DNA of 32,000 nt from positions 2,741,337 through 2,773,336 of the forward strand of contig NZ_CM001976.1 in assembly GCF_000406145.1 (NCBI RefSeq), written 5' to 3'. Shown here one piece after another: positions 1 through 8,417 of the stretch. The translations under genes and the position numbers were made by a program. A model generated the notes under the pieces. The model worked only from the letters and a program-made list of their open reading frames with translations, had not been told where the DNA came from and made no database searches. Every line of letters starts with the position of its first letter. Within the stretch, counting starts at the first letter, position 1. This stretch comes from Dickeya dadantii NCPPB 898 (lineage in GTDB: Bacteria > Pseudomonadota > Gammaproteobacteria > Enterobacterales > Enterobacteriaceae).

Positions 1-135
1 AATCGGCATCACGCCGTACAGCGCGTCGATAAAGCGCCAGCGCTTGCGGCACAGCGCGCCAAGGTACGCGGTATAATCAATGCACATCCGTTCACTTTCA
101 GAGGAGCCCGCAGGCCCGGAATGAGCCTCTTCCAT
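1..135 (-). CDS. Hypothetical protein, N-terminal 45 codons only; the gene runs off the left edge of the window
   Basis: The reverse strand has an ATG at 135..133 preceded by AAGGAG about 7 nt upstream. The frame stays open to position 1 (MEEAHSGPAGSSESERMCIDYTAYLGALCRKRWRFIDALYGVMPI...). I do not recognise a family. Confidence 0.35.
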   Translation of the reverse strand, partial: MEEAHSGPAGSSESERMCIDYTAYLGALCRKRWRFIDALYGVMPI

Positions 136-374
136 CCTTTTTCTCCTTTCCGTCAACCGACCGTTGGCGTCACGCCATTTCACTCAACCATTACAACGTA
201 AAAAGGATTAATAGGGTATAGTATCTCTAACAATTGTAGAGCTATTAGGCAAAAGCAGGGACTTTTCTGCTGGCAATGCGATCCAGCGCACCCTACGCTT
301 GCGTCGTAGCCGCCCATGCCGTCAGACAGCGTCGGTATAGGCCATAATACGCGTTCTGTTGTGAGTGGGATGTC

Positions 375-1127
375 ATGTATAAAGTTGTTTTTGTTGAAGA
401 TGATCCGGAAGTCGGCAAACTGATCGCAGCCTATCTGGGCAAACATGATATTGATGTGCGCATTGAGCCACGCGGCGATAACGCGTTGGCATTCATCGAA
501 GAACAACAGCCCGACCTGGTGTTGCTGGACATCATGTTGCCCGGCAAAGACGGTATGACGATCTGTCGGGAACTGCGCCCCCGCTTCACCGGCCCCATCG
601 TACTGCTCACCTCGCTCGACAGCGACATGAACCACATCCTGTCGCTCGAAATGGGGGCCGACGACTATATTCTGAAAACCACGCCGCCGGCGGTGCTGCT
701 GGCACGCTTGCGCTTGCATTTCCGCCAGTACGCCGCCGCGCCCACGCCGGCGGTGGAAAAAAGCGTGCAAAGCGCGCCGGTGAAAACGCAGGTTCAGGTG
801 CATAAATCGCTGCACTTCGGCCTGTTGTGTATCGACCCGGTCAACCGCGACGTCACGCTGGCGAACGAGAATATCGCCCTCTCCACGTCGGATTTCGACC
901 TGCTGTGGTTGCTGGCCACCCACGCCGGGCAGATCATGGATCGCGAAGCGCTGCTTAAAGCGCTGCGCGGCGTCAGCTACGACGGGATGGATCGCAGTAT
1001 CGACGTCGCCATTTCCCGCCTGCGCAAAAAACTATACGACAACGCGCTGGAACCGGTGCGCATCAAAACCATCCGCAACAAAGGCTACCTGTTCGCTCCC
1101 AATGCCTGGGAGACCATCGCGCCATGA
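375..1127 (+). CDS. rstA: OmpR-family two-component response regulator RstA
   Basis: 250 aa. The receiver domain has DD..D (LLDIMLPGKDG) and a winged-helix C-terminus (RIKTIRNKGYLF). The stop overlaps the kinase start (ATGA). The rstA-rstB-asr context matches the E. coli neighbourhood. Confidence 0.9.
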   Translation: MYKVVFVEDDPEVGKLIAAYLGKHDIDVRIEPRGDNALAFIEEQQPDLVLLDIMLPGKDGMTICRELRPRFTGPIVLLTSLDSDMNHILSLEMGADDYILKTTPPAVLLARLRLHFRQYAAAPTPAVEKSVQSAPVKTQVQVHKSLHFGLLCIDPVNRDVTLANENIALSTSDFDLLWLLATHAGQIMDREALLKALRGVSYDGMDRSIDVAISRLRKKLYDNALEPVRIKTIRNKGYLFAPNAWETIAP

Positions 1128-2479
1128 AAAAACTGTTTATTCAGTTCTTTCTGCTGCTGTTCGCCAGCTTTCTGGTGATGACCCTTCTGGTGGGGCTGGT
1201 GTACAAAGTCACGGCGGAACGGGCCGGTCGCCAGTCGATGGATGACCTGATGAAAAGCTCGCTGTATCTGATCCGCAACGAGCTGCGTTCCATTCCGCCA
1301 CGAGAGTGGCACAAGACCATCAACCAGATGGACCTTAACCTGTCGTTCAAGTTACACATTGAGCCGATCAGCAAGTACCGGCTTAGCACACAGGCGCAAC
1401 AGCGGCTGATCCAGGGGGAAATCGTCGCGCTGGACGACGAATACACCTTCATCCAGCGCATTCCGCGCAGTCACTATGTGCTGGCGGTCGGCCCGATTCC
1501 CTATTTGTTCTTCCTGCACGAAATCCGGCTGGTCAACCTGCTGTTTCTGGCGTTGATCGGCCTGTCGCTGGCGCTGCCGGTGTTCCTGTGGATGCGCCCG
1601 CACTGGAAGGCGATGCTGCAACTGGAAAGCGCTGCGCAACGGCTGGGAGACGGCCATCTGGAAGAGCGCACCCATTTCGATAACACCTCCAGCCTGTTCC
1701 GCCTCGGCGTGGCGTTCAACCGCATGGCCGACAACCTTAACCAGTTGATTACCAGTAAAAAACAGCTGATCGACAATATCGCCCATGAGCTGCGCACGCC
1801 GCTGGTTCGGCTGCGTTACCGGCTGGCGATGAGCGACAACCTGACCGACGAAGAGCAGGAAGCCATCAGTCGCGATGTCGGCCAGTTGGAGGCGTTGATC
1901 GATGAACTGCTAACTTACGCCCGCCTTGACCGGCCGCAGGTGACACTGCATCTGGAACAGATCGACCTGCCGCTATGGTTGCACAAGCGCATTGAGGATT
2001 TCCAACTGGTGCACGACGATAAGCAAATTGAGCTGGACGTCACCGGCGATAACGACTTCGGCTATGTGGACCTGCGCCTGATGGAACGGGTGCTGAACAA
2101 TCTGGTCAATAACGGTTTACGTTTTTGTCGGCACCGCCTGCGGGTGGGGCTGACGCTCGACCAACATACCGCCTACTTGCAGGTGGAGGATGACGGGCCA
2201 GGCATCGCGCCGGAAGACCGCGCGCATATCTTCGAACCCTTCATCCGGTTGGAAGCCGGCATCGAAAATAGCAGCGGCGGCTGCGGTCTGGGGCTGGCGA
2301 TTGTTCACGCCATCGTGCGCGCTTACAACGGCACGATCGAGGTGGACAGCAGCCCGCTGGGCGGCGCCCGCTTCCTGTTCCGCTGGCCGATTATCGAGCA
2401 TAAACCACCGTCAAATTCTTCGTCTGCGAACCTTGTACAAACCGTTACACGCGGAAACCAAACACTCACAGATCGCTAG
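1124..2479 (+). CDS. rstB: Sensor histidine kinase RstB
   Basis: 451 aa with two TM segments, a HAMP-like linker, an H-box (IAHELRTPL) and N/G boxes (NNLVNNGLRF, DDGPGI, GGCGLGLAIV). It is translationally coupled to rstA. Confidence 0.88.
   Translation: MKKLFIQFFLLLFASFLVMTLLVGLVYKVTAERAGRQSMDDLMKSSLYLIRNELRSIPPREWHKTINQMDLNLSFKLHIEPISKYRLSTQAQQRLIQGEIVALDDEYTFIQRIPRSHYVLAVGPIPYLFFLHEIRLVNLLFLALIGLSLALPVFLWMRPHWKAMLQLESAAQRLGDGHLEERTHFDNTSSLFRLGVAFNRMADNLNQLITSKKQLIDNIAHELRTPLVRLRYRLAMSDNLTDEEQEAISRDVGQLEALIDELLTYARLDRPQVTLHLEQIDLPLWLHKRIEDFQLVHDDKQIELDVTGDNDFGYVDLRLMERVLNNLVNNGLRFCRHRLRVGLTLDQHTAYLQVEDDGPGIAPEDRAHIFEPFIRLEAGIENSSGGCGLGLAIVHAIVRAYNGTIEVDSSPLGGARFLFRWPIIEHKPPSNSSSANLVQTVTRGNQTLTDR
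2436..2449 (+). promoter_or_regulatory. RstA-box-like site (TACAAACCGTTACA) upstream of asr
   Basis: It matches my recollection of the RstA box TACATNTNGTTACA at 10 of the 12 specified positions (positions 6 and 8 are N); the mismatches are positions 5 and 7. It lies 106-119 nt upstream of the asr ATG, inside the last codons of rstB. Confidence 0.35.
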
Positions 2480-2554
2480 CGTAGGTTCTCTTATGCTTCA
2501 CTCATCGGCCCACCCTAGGGTTCGAAACGTGAACTGGATAATGAGGAATTTACG

Positions 2555-3007
2555 ATGAATAAATTTTTAGTGATGATCGCAGGTGCGGCTCTGGGTCTGT
2601 CCTCTGTAGCTTTCGCGGCTGGTACCACTGCTCCGGCAACCGCAGCTGCTCCGGCAACTACCACTGCAGATGCTGCTCCGGCTAAAGCTGCTGATACCGC
2701 CAAAAAACCGGTGAAGAAAAAAGTAGAGAAGAAAAAAGCGGCAACGCAGAAAGCTCAGGCTGCTAAAAAGCACAAAAAAGCAACCAAGAAAAAAGCGGCC
2801 GCTCAGAAAGCTCAGGCTGCTAAAAAAGTAGCCAAGAAAAAACCGGCTCAGAAAGCTCAGGCCACCAAAAAAGTAGCCAAGAAAAAACCGGCTCAGAAAG
2901 CTCAGGCCACCAAAAAAGTAGCTAAGAAAAACCGGCTCAGAAAGCTCAGGCCACCAAAAAGTAGCCAAGAAAAACCGGCTCAGAAAGCCCAGGCTGCCAA
3001 AAAGTAG
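2555..3007 (+). CDS. asr: Acid shock protein Asr homologue (periplasmic, Lys/Ala-rich). The frame is broken by A-tract indels, and the homologous sequence continues to 3141.
   Basis: The signal peptide [22 protein letters not shown] and the [11 protein letters not shown] repeats resemble E. coli Asr (MKKVLALVVAAAMGLSSAAFAA...[12 protein letters not shown]). The asr-ydgU-ydgD order matches E. coli. The frame is lost at 2927-2931, regained, then hits TAG at 3005. A natural-looking C-terminus (KHKKVKKAKTAATPAA*) ends at 3141 in another frame. Confidence 0.8.
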   Translation: MNKFLVMIAGAALGLSSVAFAAGTTAPATAAAPATTTADAAPAKAADTAKKPVKKKVEKKKAATQKAQAAKKHKKATKKKAAAQKAQAAKKVAKKKPAQKAQATKKVAKKKPAQKAQATKKVAKKNRLRKLRPPKSSQEKPAQKAQAAKK

Positions 3008-3087
3008 CCAAGAAAAACCGGCTCAGAAAGCTCAGGCTGCCAAAAAAGTAAGCCAAGAAAAAACCGGCTCAGAAAGCTCAGGCTGCC
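2822..3087 (+). repeat. Six tandem copies of a 45-bp (15-codon, [15 protein letters not shown]) unit inside asr
   Basis: Units are 2822-2866, 2867-2911, 2912-2955, 2956-2998, 2999-3041 and 3042-3087, with lengths 45, 45, 44, 43, 43 and 46. Every length difference is a single A gained or lost in a homopolymer. Confidence 0.9.
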
Positions 3088-3208
3088 AAAAAACACAAAA
3101 AAGTGAAAAAAGCTAAGACAGCCGCTACCCCGGCAGCTTAATTCACCAAAGTGATAGTTGATGGTCATGAACACCGGTAGCCACTACCGACATGACAATA
3201 GCGTTATC

Positions 3209-3237
3209 AAACACCCGGTTCGCCGGGTGTTTGTTTC
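3209..3237 (+). terminator. Rho-independent terminator downstream of asr
   Basis: Stem AACACCCGG / CCGGGTGTT with loop TTCG, followed by TGTTTC. Confidence 0.7.
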
Positions 3238-3251
3238 ATGGGGACCGGATA

Positions 3252-3332
3252 ATGCTGCGACGCTACTCATTTGAAATCGTGCTGTCCTTCCTGCTTATTT
3301 GCGCGTTGGTCATCGTGGTATTTTTCTTATAA
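3252..3332 (+). CDS. ydgU: 26-aa hydrophobic micro-protein (YdgU-like by position)
   Basis: ATG at 3252 to TAA at 3330-3332 encodes MLRRYSFEIVLSFLLICALVIVVFFL, a single TM helix. It sits between asr and ydgD, where E. coli carries the 27-aa ydgU. The call rests on position and size; I cannot verify sequence identity from memory. Confidence 0.45.
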   Translation: MLRRYSFEIVLSFLLICALVIVVFFL

Positions 3333-3484
3333 CCCGATGACACTCTCACCTACGCGCCCAAACCGGGTCATTCGATTCGCCTGACCAACCAATCCGTCGT
3401 TTCCTGCCTGATTCCGGCATGCTACGTTTATAGTGGATTGATGACGGTTAACGCTGAATTTCATCTTTAAAGGCCATTCATTAC

Positions 3485-4303
3485 ATGCGCATATCAGCCT
3501 GGTTGTTATGTTCATTAAGCGTGCTCGCCTCTTCCGCGTGGGCCGATAACGATCCGTCGGCCACGACGGAACAACAAAAGCAGACTCTGTTCTTTAATCA
3601 TGACGATCGCGACAAAGTGCCGGATACCGCGCAATGGCCGTGGCAGGCCATTGGTCAGTTGGAAACCGCCAGCGGCAACCTTTGCACCGCGACGCTGATC
3701 TCACCGCATCTGGCGTTGACCGCAGGCCACTGCGTGGTAGCGCCGCCCGGCGTGCCGGACAAACCGGTAGCGTTGCGTTTTCTGGCAACGGAAAACGGCT
3801 GGCGCTACGAAACCGATAAAATTGAAGCGCTGACCAATAAAAAGCTGGCCAAAATGCTAAAAGCAGACGGCGACGGCTGGATCGTCCCGCCTTCCGCCGC
3901 ACCGTGGGATTTCGCGCTGATTCGCCTCAAGCAGACGCCGCCGAATATCCGCCCGTTGCCAATCTGGCAGGGAACGCAGGAAGAACTGAAGGCGGCGCTG
4001 GCAGCGGCGCAGCAAAAGGTCACCCAGGCCGGTTACCCGGAAGACCATCAGGAGACGCTGTACCGTCATCAGGATTGCCTGATTACCGGTTGGGTCCATA
4101 AAGCGGTGATGGCGCACCGTTGCGACACCCTGCCGGGCGACAGCGGCTCGCCGTTGATGCTAAAAACCGCCGGCAGTTGGGTGTTGATGGGCATTCAAAG
4201 CTCCGCGCCGGACGCCAGCAACCGTCAGCTCGCCGACAACCGCGCCGTGGCGGTCACCGCTATCCGCCAACAGCTGGAAGCGATGTCTAAAGGGGAGCGT
4301 TGA
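3485..4303 (+). CDS. ydgD: Secreted trypsin-like serine peptidase (S1 family, YdgD-like)
   Basis: 272 aa with a signal peptide (MRISAWLLCSLSVLASSAWA), a His motif (LTAGHCV) and a Ser motif (GDSGSPL). Size and position after asr/ydgU match E. coli YdgD (273 aa). Confidence 0.85.
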   Translation: MRISAWLLCSLSVLASSAWADNDPSATTEQQKQTLFFNHDDRDKVPDTAQWPWQAIGQLETASGNLCTATLISPHLALTAGHCVVAPPGVPDKPVALRFLATENGWRYETDKIEALTNKKLAKMLKADGDGWIVPPSAAPWDFALIRLKQTPPNIRPLPIWQGTQEELKAALAAAQQKVTQAGYPEDHQETLYRHQDCLITGWVHKAVMAHRCDTLPGDSGSPLMLKTAGSWVLMGIQSSAPDASNRQLADNRAVAVTAIRQQLEAMSKGER

Positions 4304-4490
4304 TTCTGCCTGCCGGTATTTTAGATGGAATACCGGCAAACCTATAGCCGGTCAGACGGTCATAACGCCCACAAACACAACCCCATCCGCACTGTCTGTG
4401 CCTCATCCCTTCCCGCTTTGACCATTAACGGATTGTTAATGTTTTTTACCACCTCTAATACCTTGGAGTAACACAGTTATACTTTTCATT

Positions 4491-4508
4491 GATAAGTTGA
4501 AACTTATC
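4491..4508. promoter_or_regulatory. Perfect inverted repeat GATAAGTT-GA-AACTTATC upstream of lldP (candidate operator)
   Basis: 8-bp arms with a 2-bp spacer in an AT-rich intergenic region, 106 nt upstream of the lldP ATG. Confidence 0.3.
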
Positions 4509-4613
4509 TTTCAGTGAAGCGATCCAGCCACCTGAATACCCCTCTTTATCTCTCTATAAACGAATACTCCAAGAAGGATATCAATAAGTTACATTTTTCT
4601 TTTAGGGAGCATC

Positions 4614-6164
4614 ATGTCCGAATACGTGCAATTCTCACTCGGTGTTTTACCACTCCTGATAATGATCATTTTGATTTTGAAAATCAAAATGCCAATTCAC
4701 CATTCCGTCCTGATCACACTGGTTATCACGGCCATACTGAGCGTCACCGTCTGGCACACGCCGCTGCAAACGCTAAGTTCGGCTATCGGGTATGGGGTGA
4801 TAAAGGGCTTATGGCCCATCATTATTGTGATCCTGGGCGCGATTTACAGCTATAACCTAATGCAGGAGACACGCAGCATGGATGTACTGCGTGACGTCCT
4901 GGCCAGTATCAGCGATGACAGGCGTATTCAGGTACTGTTGATTTCCTGGTGCTTTGGCGGTTTTCTTGAGGCGGCTGCAGGCTATGGTACTGCCGTTGCT
5001 ATTCCCATCGGTATTCTGATCGCCCTCGGTTTCAACCCGCTGAAAGCCGCCATCGCGTCTCTGGTGGCAAACACCGTCCCTACGGCATTTGGCGCTGTCG
5101 GTATTCCGGTCTCAATTTTGGCTGAACAGGTACACCTGCCAGTTACGACACTCGGGGGCACGATTATTCTGCAACTGGCGCTGTTCAATATACTGCTGCC
5201 TTTCGTCATTATCGCCATCATCGGTGACGGTGTGAAAGCTATCCGGGGTGTAGTGGGTATCACACTGGTGTGTGGGATTACCACACTGATTCCGCAGTAT
5301 TTCGTCGCCGTTCATCTTGGCGCGGAACTTCCCGCGTTTGCGGGCAGCCTTGTCAGTCTCATTGCGGTAGCAGCGATGGGGCGAGCGCGTAAGGGAAGAA
5401 CCGATCCACACTATCTTATTCGGAATAGCAAATCATCGGGCGCGCTGCCTTCAGGCCGTGATTTACTAAAAGCCAGCTCTATTTATATTCTTATTTTTAC
5501 GTTCATTCTGCTCTGCTCCCCATTATTCCCAGGAATAAAGCACATCGTTGCGCATGTTACGTCCACGCTGTATTTCCCCTTGTCGGAGGGAAAAGCCCTA
5601 TCGCTGAAAATCGACTGGATTGCCACACCGGGCGTTCTCATCATTATTGCCACATTACTTGGCGGCTTTATTCAGGGCGCATCGTTGGGAAAGATGTTGC
5701 ACGTACTGGCTAGCACGATTAAGCAGTTGAAAAACTCCATTATCGCTATCACCACCATCGTGGCAATGGCAACCATTATGGACGTCAGTGGATTAATCGC
5801 CACTCTGGCGCAAACCATGGTGAATGTAACGGGCGGTGCTTATGTCTTTATCGCCCCCATCATCGGGGCACTGGGCACCTTCGTAACGGGAAGTGATACC
5901 AACTCAAACGTACTCTTCGGAAAGTTGCAGACGGTGGCGGCAGAAAAACTCCATATCGATCCCATCTGGCTGGCGGCCGCAAACACATCAGGAGCGACCG
6001 GCGGAAAAATGATCTCCCCGCAGAGTATCGCCATTGCGGTATCCGCGACCCGGATGGATGGACAAGGCAGTGCCATCATGGCAGGTACACTGAAATACTG
6101 TACCGCCTACATATTCATTCTCGGGTTAAAAGTAGGACTGATTTACTACCTGTTTCTGTCCTGA
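4614..6164 (+). CDS. lldP: L-lactate permease (LctP/LldP family)
   Basis: 516 aa and polytopic. LctP-family stretches are present (GLWPIIIVILGAIYSYNLM, FGGFLEAAAGYGTAVAI, GALGTFVTGSDTNSNVLFG). RBS AGGGAG. It is followed by lutABC. Confidence 0.9.
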   Translation: MSEYVQFSLGVLPLLIMIILILKIKMPIHHSVLITLVITAILSVTVWHTPLQTLSSAIGYGVIKGLWPIIIVILGAIYSYNLMQETRSMDVLRDVLASISDDRRIQVLLISWCFGGFLEAAAGYGTAVAIPIGILIALGFNPLKAAIASLVANTVPTAFGAVGIPVSILAEQVHLPVTTLGGTIILQLALFNILLPFVIIAIIGDGVKAIRGVVGITLVCGITTLIPQYFVAVHLGAELPAFAGSLVSLIAVAAMGRARKGRTDPHYLIRNSKSSGALPSGRDLLKASSIYILIFTFILLCSPLFPGIKHIVAHVTSTLYFPLSEGKALSLKIDWIATPGVLIIIATLLGGFIQGASLGKMLHVLASTIKQLKNSIIAITTIVAMATIMDVSGLIATLAQTMVNVTGGAYVFIAPIIGALGTFVTGSDTNSNVLFGKLQTVAAEKLHIDPIWLAAANTSGATGGKMISPQSIAIAVSATRMDGQGSAIMAGTLKYCTAYIFILGLKVGLIYYLFLS

Positions 6165-6190
6165 ACCTGTTTCTGTCCTGAACCTGTTTA
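6148..6190 (+). repeat. 17-bp tandem duplication (2.5 copies) spanning the lldP stop codon
   Basis: ACCTGTTTCTGTCCTGA occurs at 6148-6164 and 6165-6181, with a partial ACCTGTTTA at 6182-6190. The first copy contains the TGA stop. Confidence 0.8.
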
Positions 6191-6264
6191 TTTTCTAACC
6201 AAAAGCGCCATGCCATAACGTCTAATCATAAAAACAATCTTGCCTACTGTACTGGAGGGGTGTC

Positions 6265-6984
6265 GTGAATGTTAATTTTTTTGTGACCTGCATAGGCGAT
6301 GCGCTTAAATCGCGTATGGCACGTGATTCCGTGTTGCTGCTGGAGCACTTAGGGTGTCAGGTAAATTTTCCTGAAAAACAAGGGTGTTGTGGTCAACCAG
6401 CACTCAACAGCGGTTATGTTAATGATGCGATTCCCGGGATGAAAAACCTGATTGTGGCGCTGGAGGAAAACGACGACCCGATCATCTCCCCTGCGGGTTC
6501 TTGCACCTACGCCATCAAAAGTTACGCCACCTGGCTTGCTGACGAGCCGGAGTGGGCTCAGCGTGCCGGGAACGTCGCCGCACGCATGTACGATCTGACC
6601 TCTTTTATCGTCAATACGCTGGGTGTCGTAGACGTGGGAGCCCGTTTACCCGGTAAGGCAGTTTACCATCCTTCCTGTAGCCTGTTTCGCAAAATGGGAG
6701 TGAAAGAAGAACCGCTAGCACTGCTGAAGCAAGTTGATGATCTGACGCTGCTGCCATTTCAGGCGCCAGAAACCTGCTGCGGTTTCGGTGGCACGTTCTC
6801 GGTAAAAATGGCGGAGATTTCCGGTGAAATGGTGAAAGAGAAAGTCAGCCATATTATGGATGCCCGACCGGATTACCTCATCGGTGCCGATGTCAGTTGT
6901 CTGCTCAATATCGGCGGGCGTCTGCAACGCGAGGGACACCCCGTCAAGGTGATGCATATTGCCGAAGTGTTGATGAGCCGCTGA
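6265..6984 (+). CDS. lutA: Lactate utilization protein A (LutA/YkgE; CCG-domain Fe-S oxidoreductase)
   Basis: 239 aa with a GTG start after GGAGG. Two CCG-type cysteine motifs are present (QGCCGQP, ETCCGFGG). Confidence 0.9.
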   Translation: MNVNFFVTCIGDALKSRMARDSVLLLEHLGCQVNFPEKQGCCGQPALNSGYVNDAIPGMKNLIVALEENDDPIISPAGSCTYAIKSYATWLADEPEWAQRAGNVAARMYDLTSFIVNTLGVVDVGARLPGKAVYHPSCSLFRKMGVKEEPLALLKQVDDLTLLPFQAPETCCGFGGTFSVKMAEISGEMVKEKVSHIMDARPDYLIGADVSCLLNIGGRLQREGHPVKVMHIAEVLMSR

Positions 6985-6995
6985 GGAGGTCTGCA

Positions 6996-8417
6996 ATGTA
7001 TTTAAAAACCAGCAACACTGCTTTCAAAGAGCGCATCAAACAACAGATTGATGATCCCATTATGCGTAACGCGGTCGCTAACGCGCAGGAGCGCATTGGC
7101 GCCAACCGCCAGAAAATGGTCGATGAACTGGGGCACTGGGAAGACTGGCGCGAACGCGCAAGCCAAATCCGCGAACATGTACTGGCAAATCTGGATGCCT
7201 ATCTCTACCAGCTCTCAGAACGAGTCAGCGCCAACGGTGGCCACGTTTTTTTCGCCAAAACCAAAGAGGACGCTACCGATTATATCCTGCAAGTCGCCCG
7301 GTCGAAGCAGGCCAAAAAAGTGGTCAAAGCCAAATCGATGGTAACCGAAGAGATTGGGATGAACCATGTCCTGCAGGAAGCCGGTATCCAGGTGATTGAA
7401 ACCGACCTTGGCGAGTACATTCTGCAACTCGACGGTGACCCGCCCTCACATATCGTCGTGCCGGCCATTCATAAAGATCGCCATCAGATTCAGCGCGTAT
7501 TGCGCGAAAAACTTGGCTATGACGGACCGGAAACCCCGGAAGCCATGACCTTGTTCATCCGCCAAAAGATCCGTCAGGATTTCCTGAGCGCCGAGGTCGG
7601 TGTGACCGGCTGTAACTTCGCCGTGGCGGAAACAGGTTCGGTTTGTCTGGTGACCAATGAAGGCAACGCCCGTATGTGTACCACGCTACCGAAAACGCAT
7701 ATCGCGGTGATGGGAATGGAGCGTATCGCCCCCACGTTTGAAGAGGTGGATGTGCTCATCACCATGCTGGCCCGTAGTGCAGTCGGTGCTCGCCTGACGG
7801 GGTACAATACCTGGCTCACCGGCCCCCGCGAAACGGGTAATGTAGATGGTCCGGAGGAGTTCCACCTGGTTATTGTCGATAACGGCCGTTCTACGGTACT
7901 GGGCTCCCAGTTTCAGGAAATATTGCGCTGTATTCGTTGTGGCGCCTGTATGAATACCTGCCCAGCCTACCGCCATATCGGTGGTCACGGATACGGTTCT
8001 ATCTACCCCGGCCCTATCGGCGCAGTCATCTCCCCCCTGCTGGGCGGTTATGATGATTTTAAAGATCTGCCTTACGCCTGTTCGCTGTGTACTGCCTGTG
8101 ACAGCGTATGTCCGGTAAAAATTCCGTTGTCCAGACTGATACTGGAGCACCGGCGTGTCATGGCGGAAGGGGGGCTCACGCCGAAAGGCGAGCAGAGAGC
8201 GATTAAGCTGTTCGCTTATGCCAACAGCCATCCGAGGTTATGGAAAGTCGGCATGATAGCGGGCGCTCATGCCGCCAGGTGGTTCATCAAGGATGGCAAA
8301 ATACCACTCAATATTGGGGCGATCGGCGAATGGACGCAAGCGCGTGATTTGCCGCAAGCCGATGGTGAAAGTTTCCGCTCCTGGTTTAAAAAACACAAAG
8401 CGCAGGGAAATCAATGA
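6996..8417 (+). CDS. lutB: Lactate utilization protein B (LutB/YkgF; 4Fe-4S protein)
   Basis: I chose the ATG at 6996 (after GAGGAGG), which gives 473 aa (MYLKTSNTAFKERIKQ...). The track start at 6897 overlaps lutA. Ferredoxin motifs are CIRCGACMNTCP and CSLCTACDSVCP. Confidence 0.9.
   Translation: MYLKTSNTAFKERIKQQIDDPIMRNAVANAQERIGANRQKMVDELGHWEDWRERASQIREHVLANLDAYLYQLSERVSANGGHVFFAKTKEDATDYILQVARSKQAKKVVKAKSMVTEEIGMNHVLQEAGIQVIETDLGEYILQLDGDPPSHIVVPAIHKDRHQIQRVLREKLGYDGPETPEAMTLFIRQKIRQDFLSAEVGVTGCNFAVAETGSVCLVTNEGNARMCTTLPKTHIAVMGMERIAPTFEEVDVLITMLARSAVGARLTGYNTWLTGPRETGNVDGPEEFHLVIVDNGRSTVLGSQFQEILRCIRCGACMNTCPAYRHIGGHGYGSIYPGPIGAVISPLLGGYDDFKDLPYACSLCTACDSVCPVKIPLSRLILEHRRVMAEGGLTPKGEQRAIKLFAYANSHPRLWKVGMIAGAHAARWFIKDGKIPLNIGAIGEWTQARDLPQADGESFRSWFKKHKAQGNQ

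Noticed and set aside
180-374. PhoP box upstream of rstA (expected from the PhoQP-RstBA cascade in E. coli and Salmonella), and the TATAAT at 72-77
   Set aside because: I could not find a (T/G)GTTTA-N5-(T/G)GTTTA direct repeat. The isolated TATAAT has no obvious -35 and lies inside the partial minus-strand ORF.
180-923. 247-aa ORF on the minus strand overlapping rstA
   Set aside because: It is antisense to a confidently recognised response regulator. Its R/Q/H/G-rich composition is typical of shadow frames in GC-rich DNA, and it has no RBS or motif.
2567-3174. Minus-strand ORFs (133 aa and 64 aa) across the asr repeats
   Set aside because: Their F/L/S/G-rich repeats are simply the complement of the Lys/Ala codon repeats. 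The asr strand has the signal peptide, the RBS and the terminator.
4312-4337. Stem-loop GCCGGTATT-ttagatgg-AATACCGGC just after the ydgD stop
   Set aside because: It is a good 9-bp stem, but no U-tract follows on either strand. It is possibly a rho-dependent or stabilising structure, so I did not list it as a terminator.
4514-4855. 113-aa plus-strand ORF overlapping the lldP start
   Set aside because: It is in a different frame from the clear LctP-family ORF, which begins at 4614 with a good RBS. It has no recognisable features.
6897-6995. N-terminal extension of lutB in the ORF track (start at 6897)
   Set aside because: The extension overlaps the lutA 3' end in another frame. The ATG at 6996 has a GAGGAGG RBS and gives the expected LutB/YkgF length.
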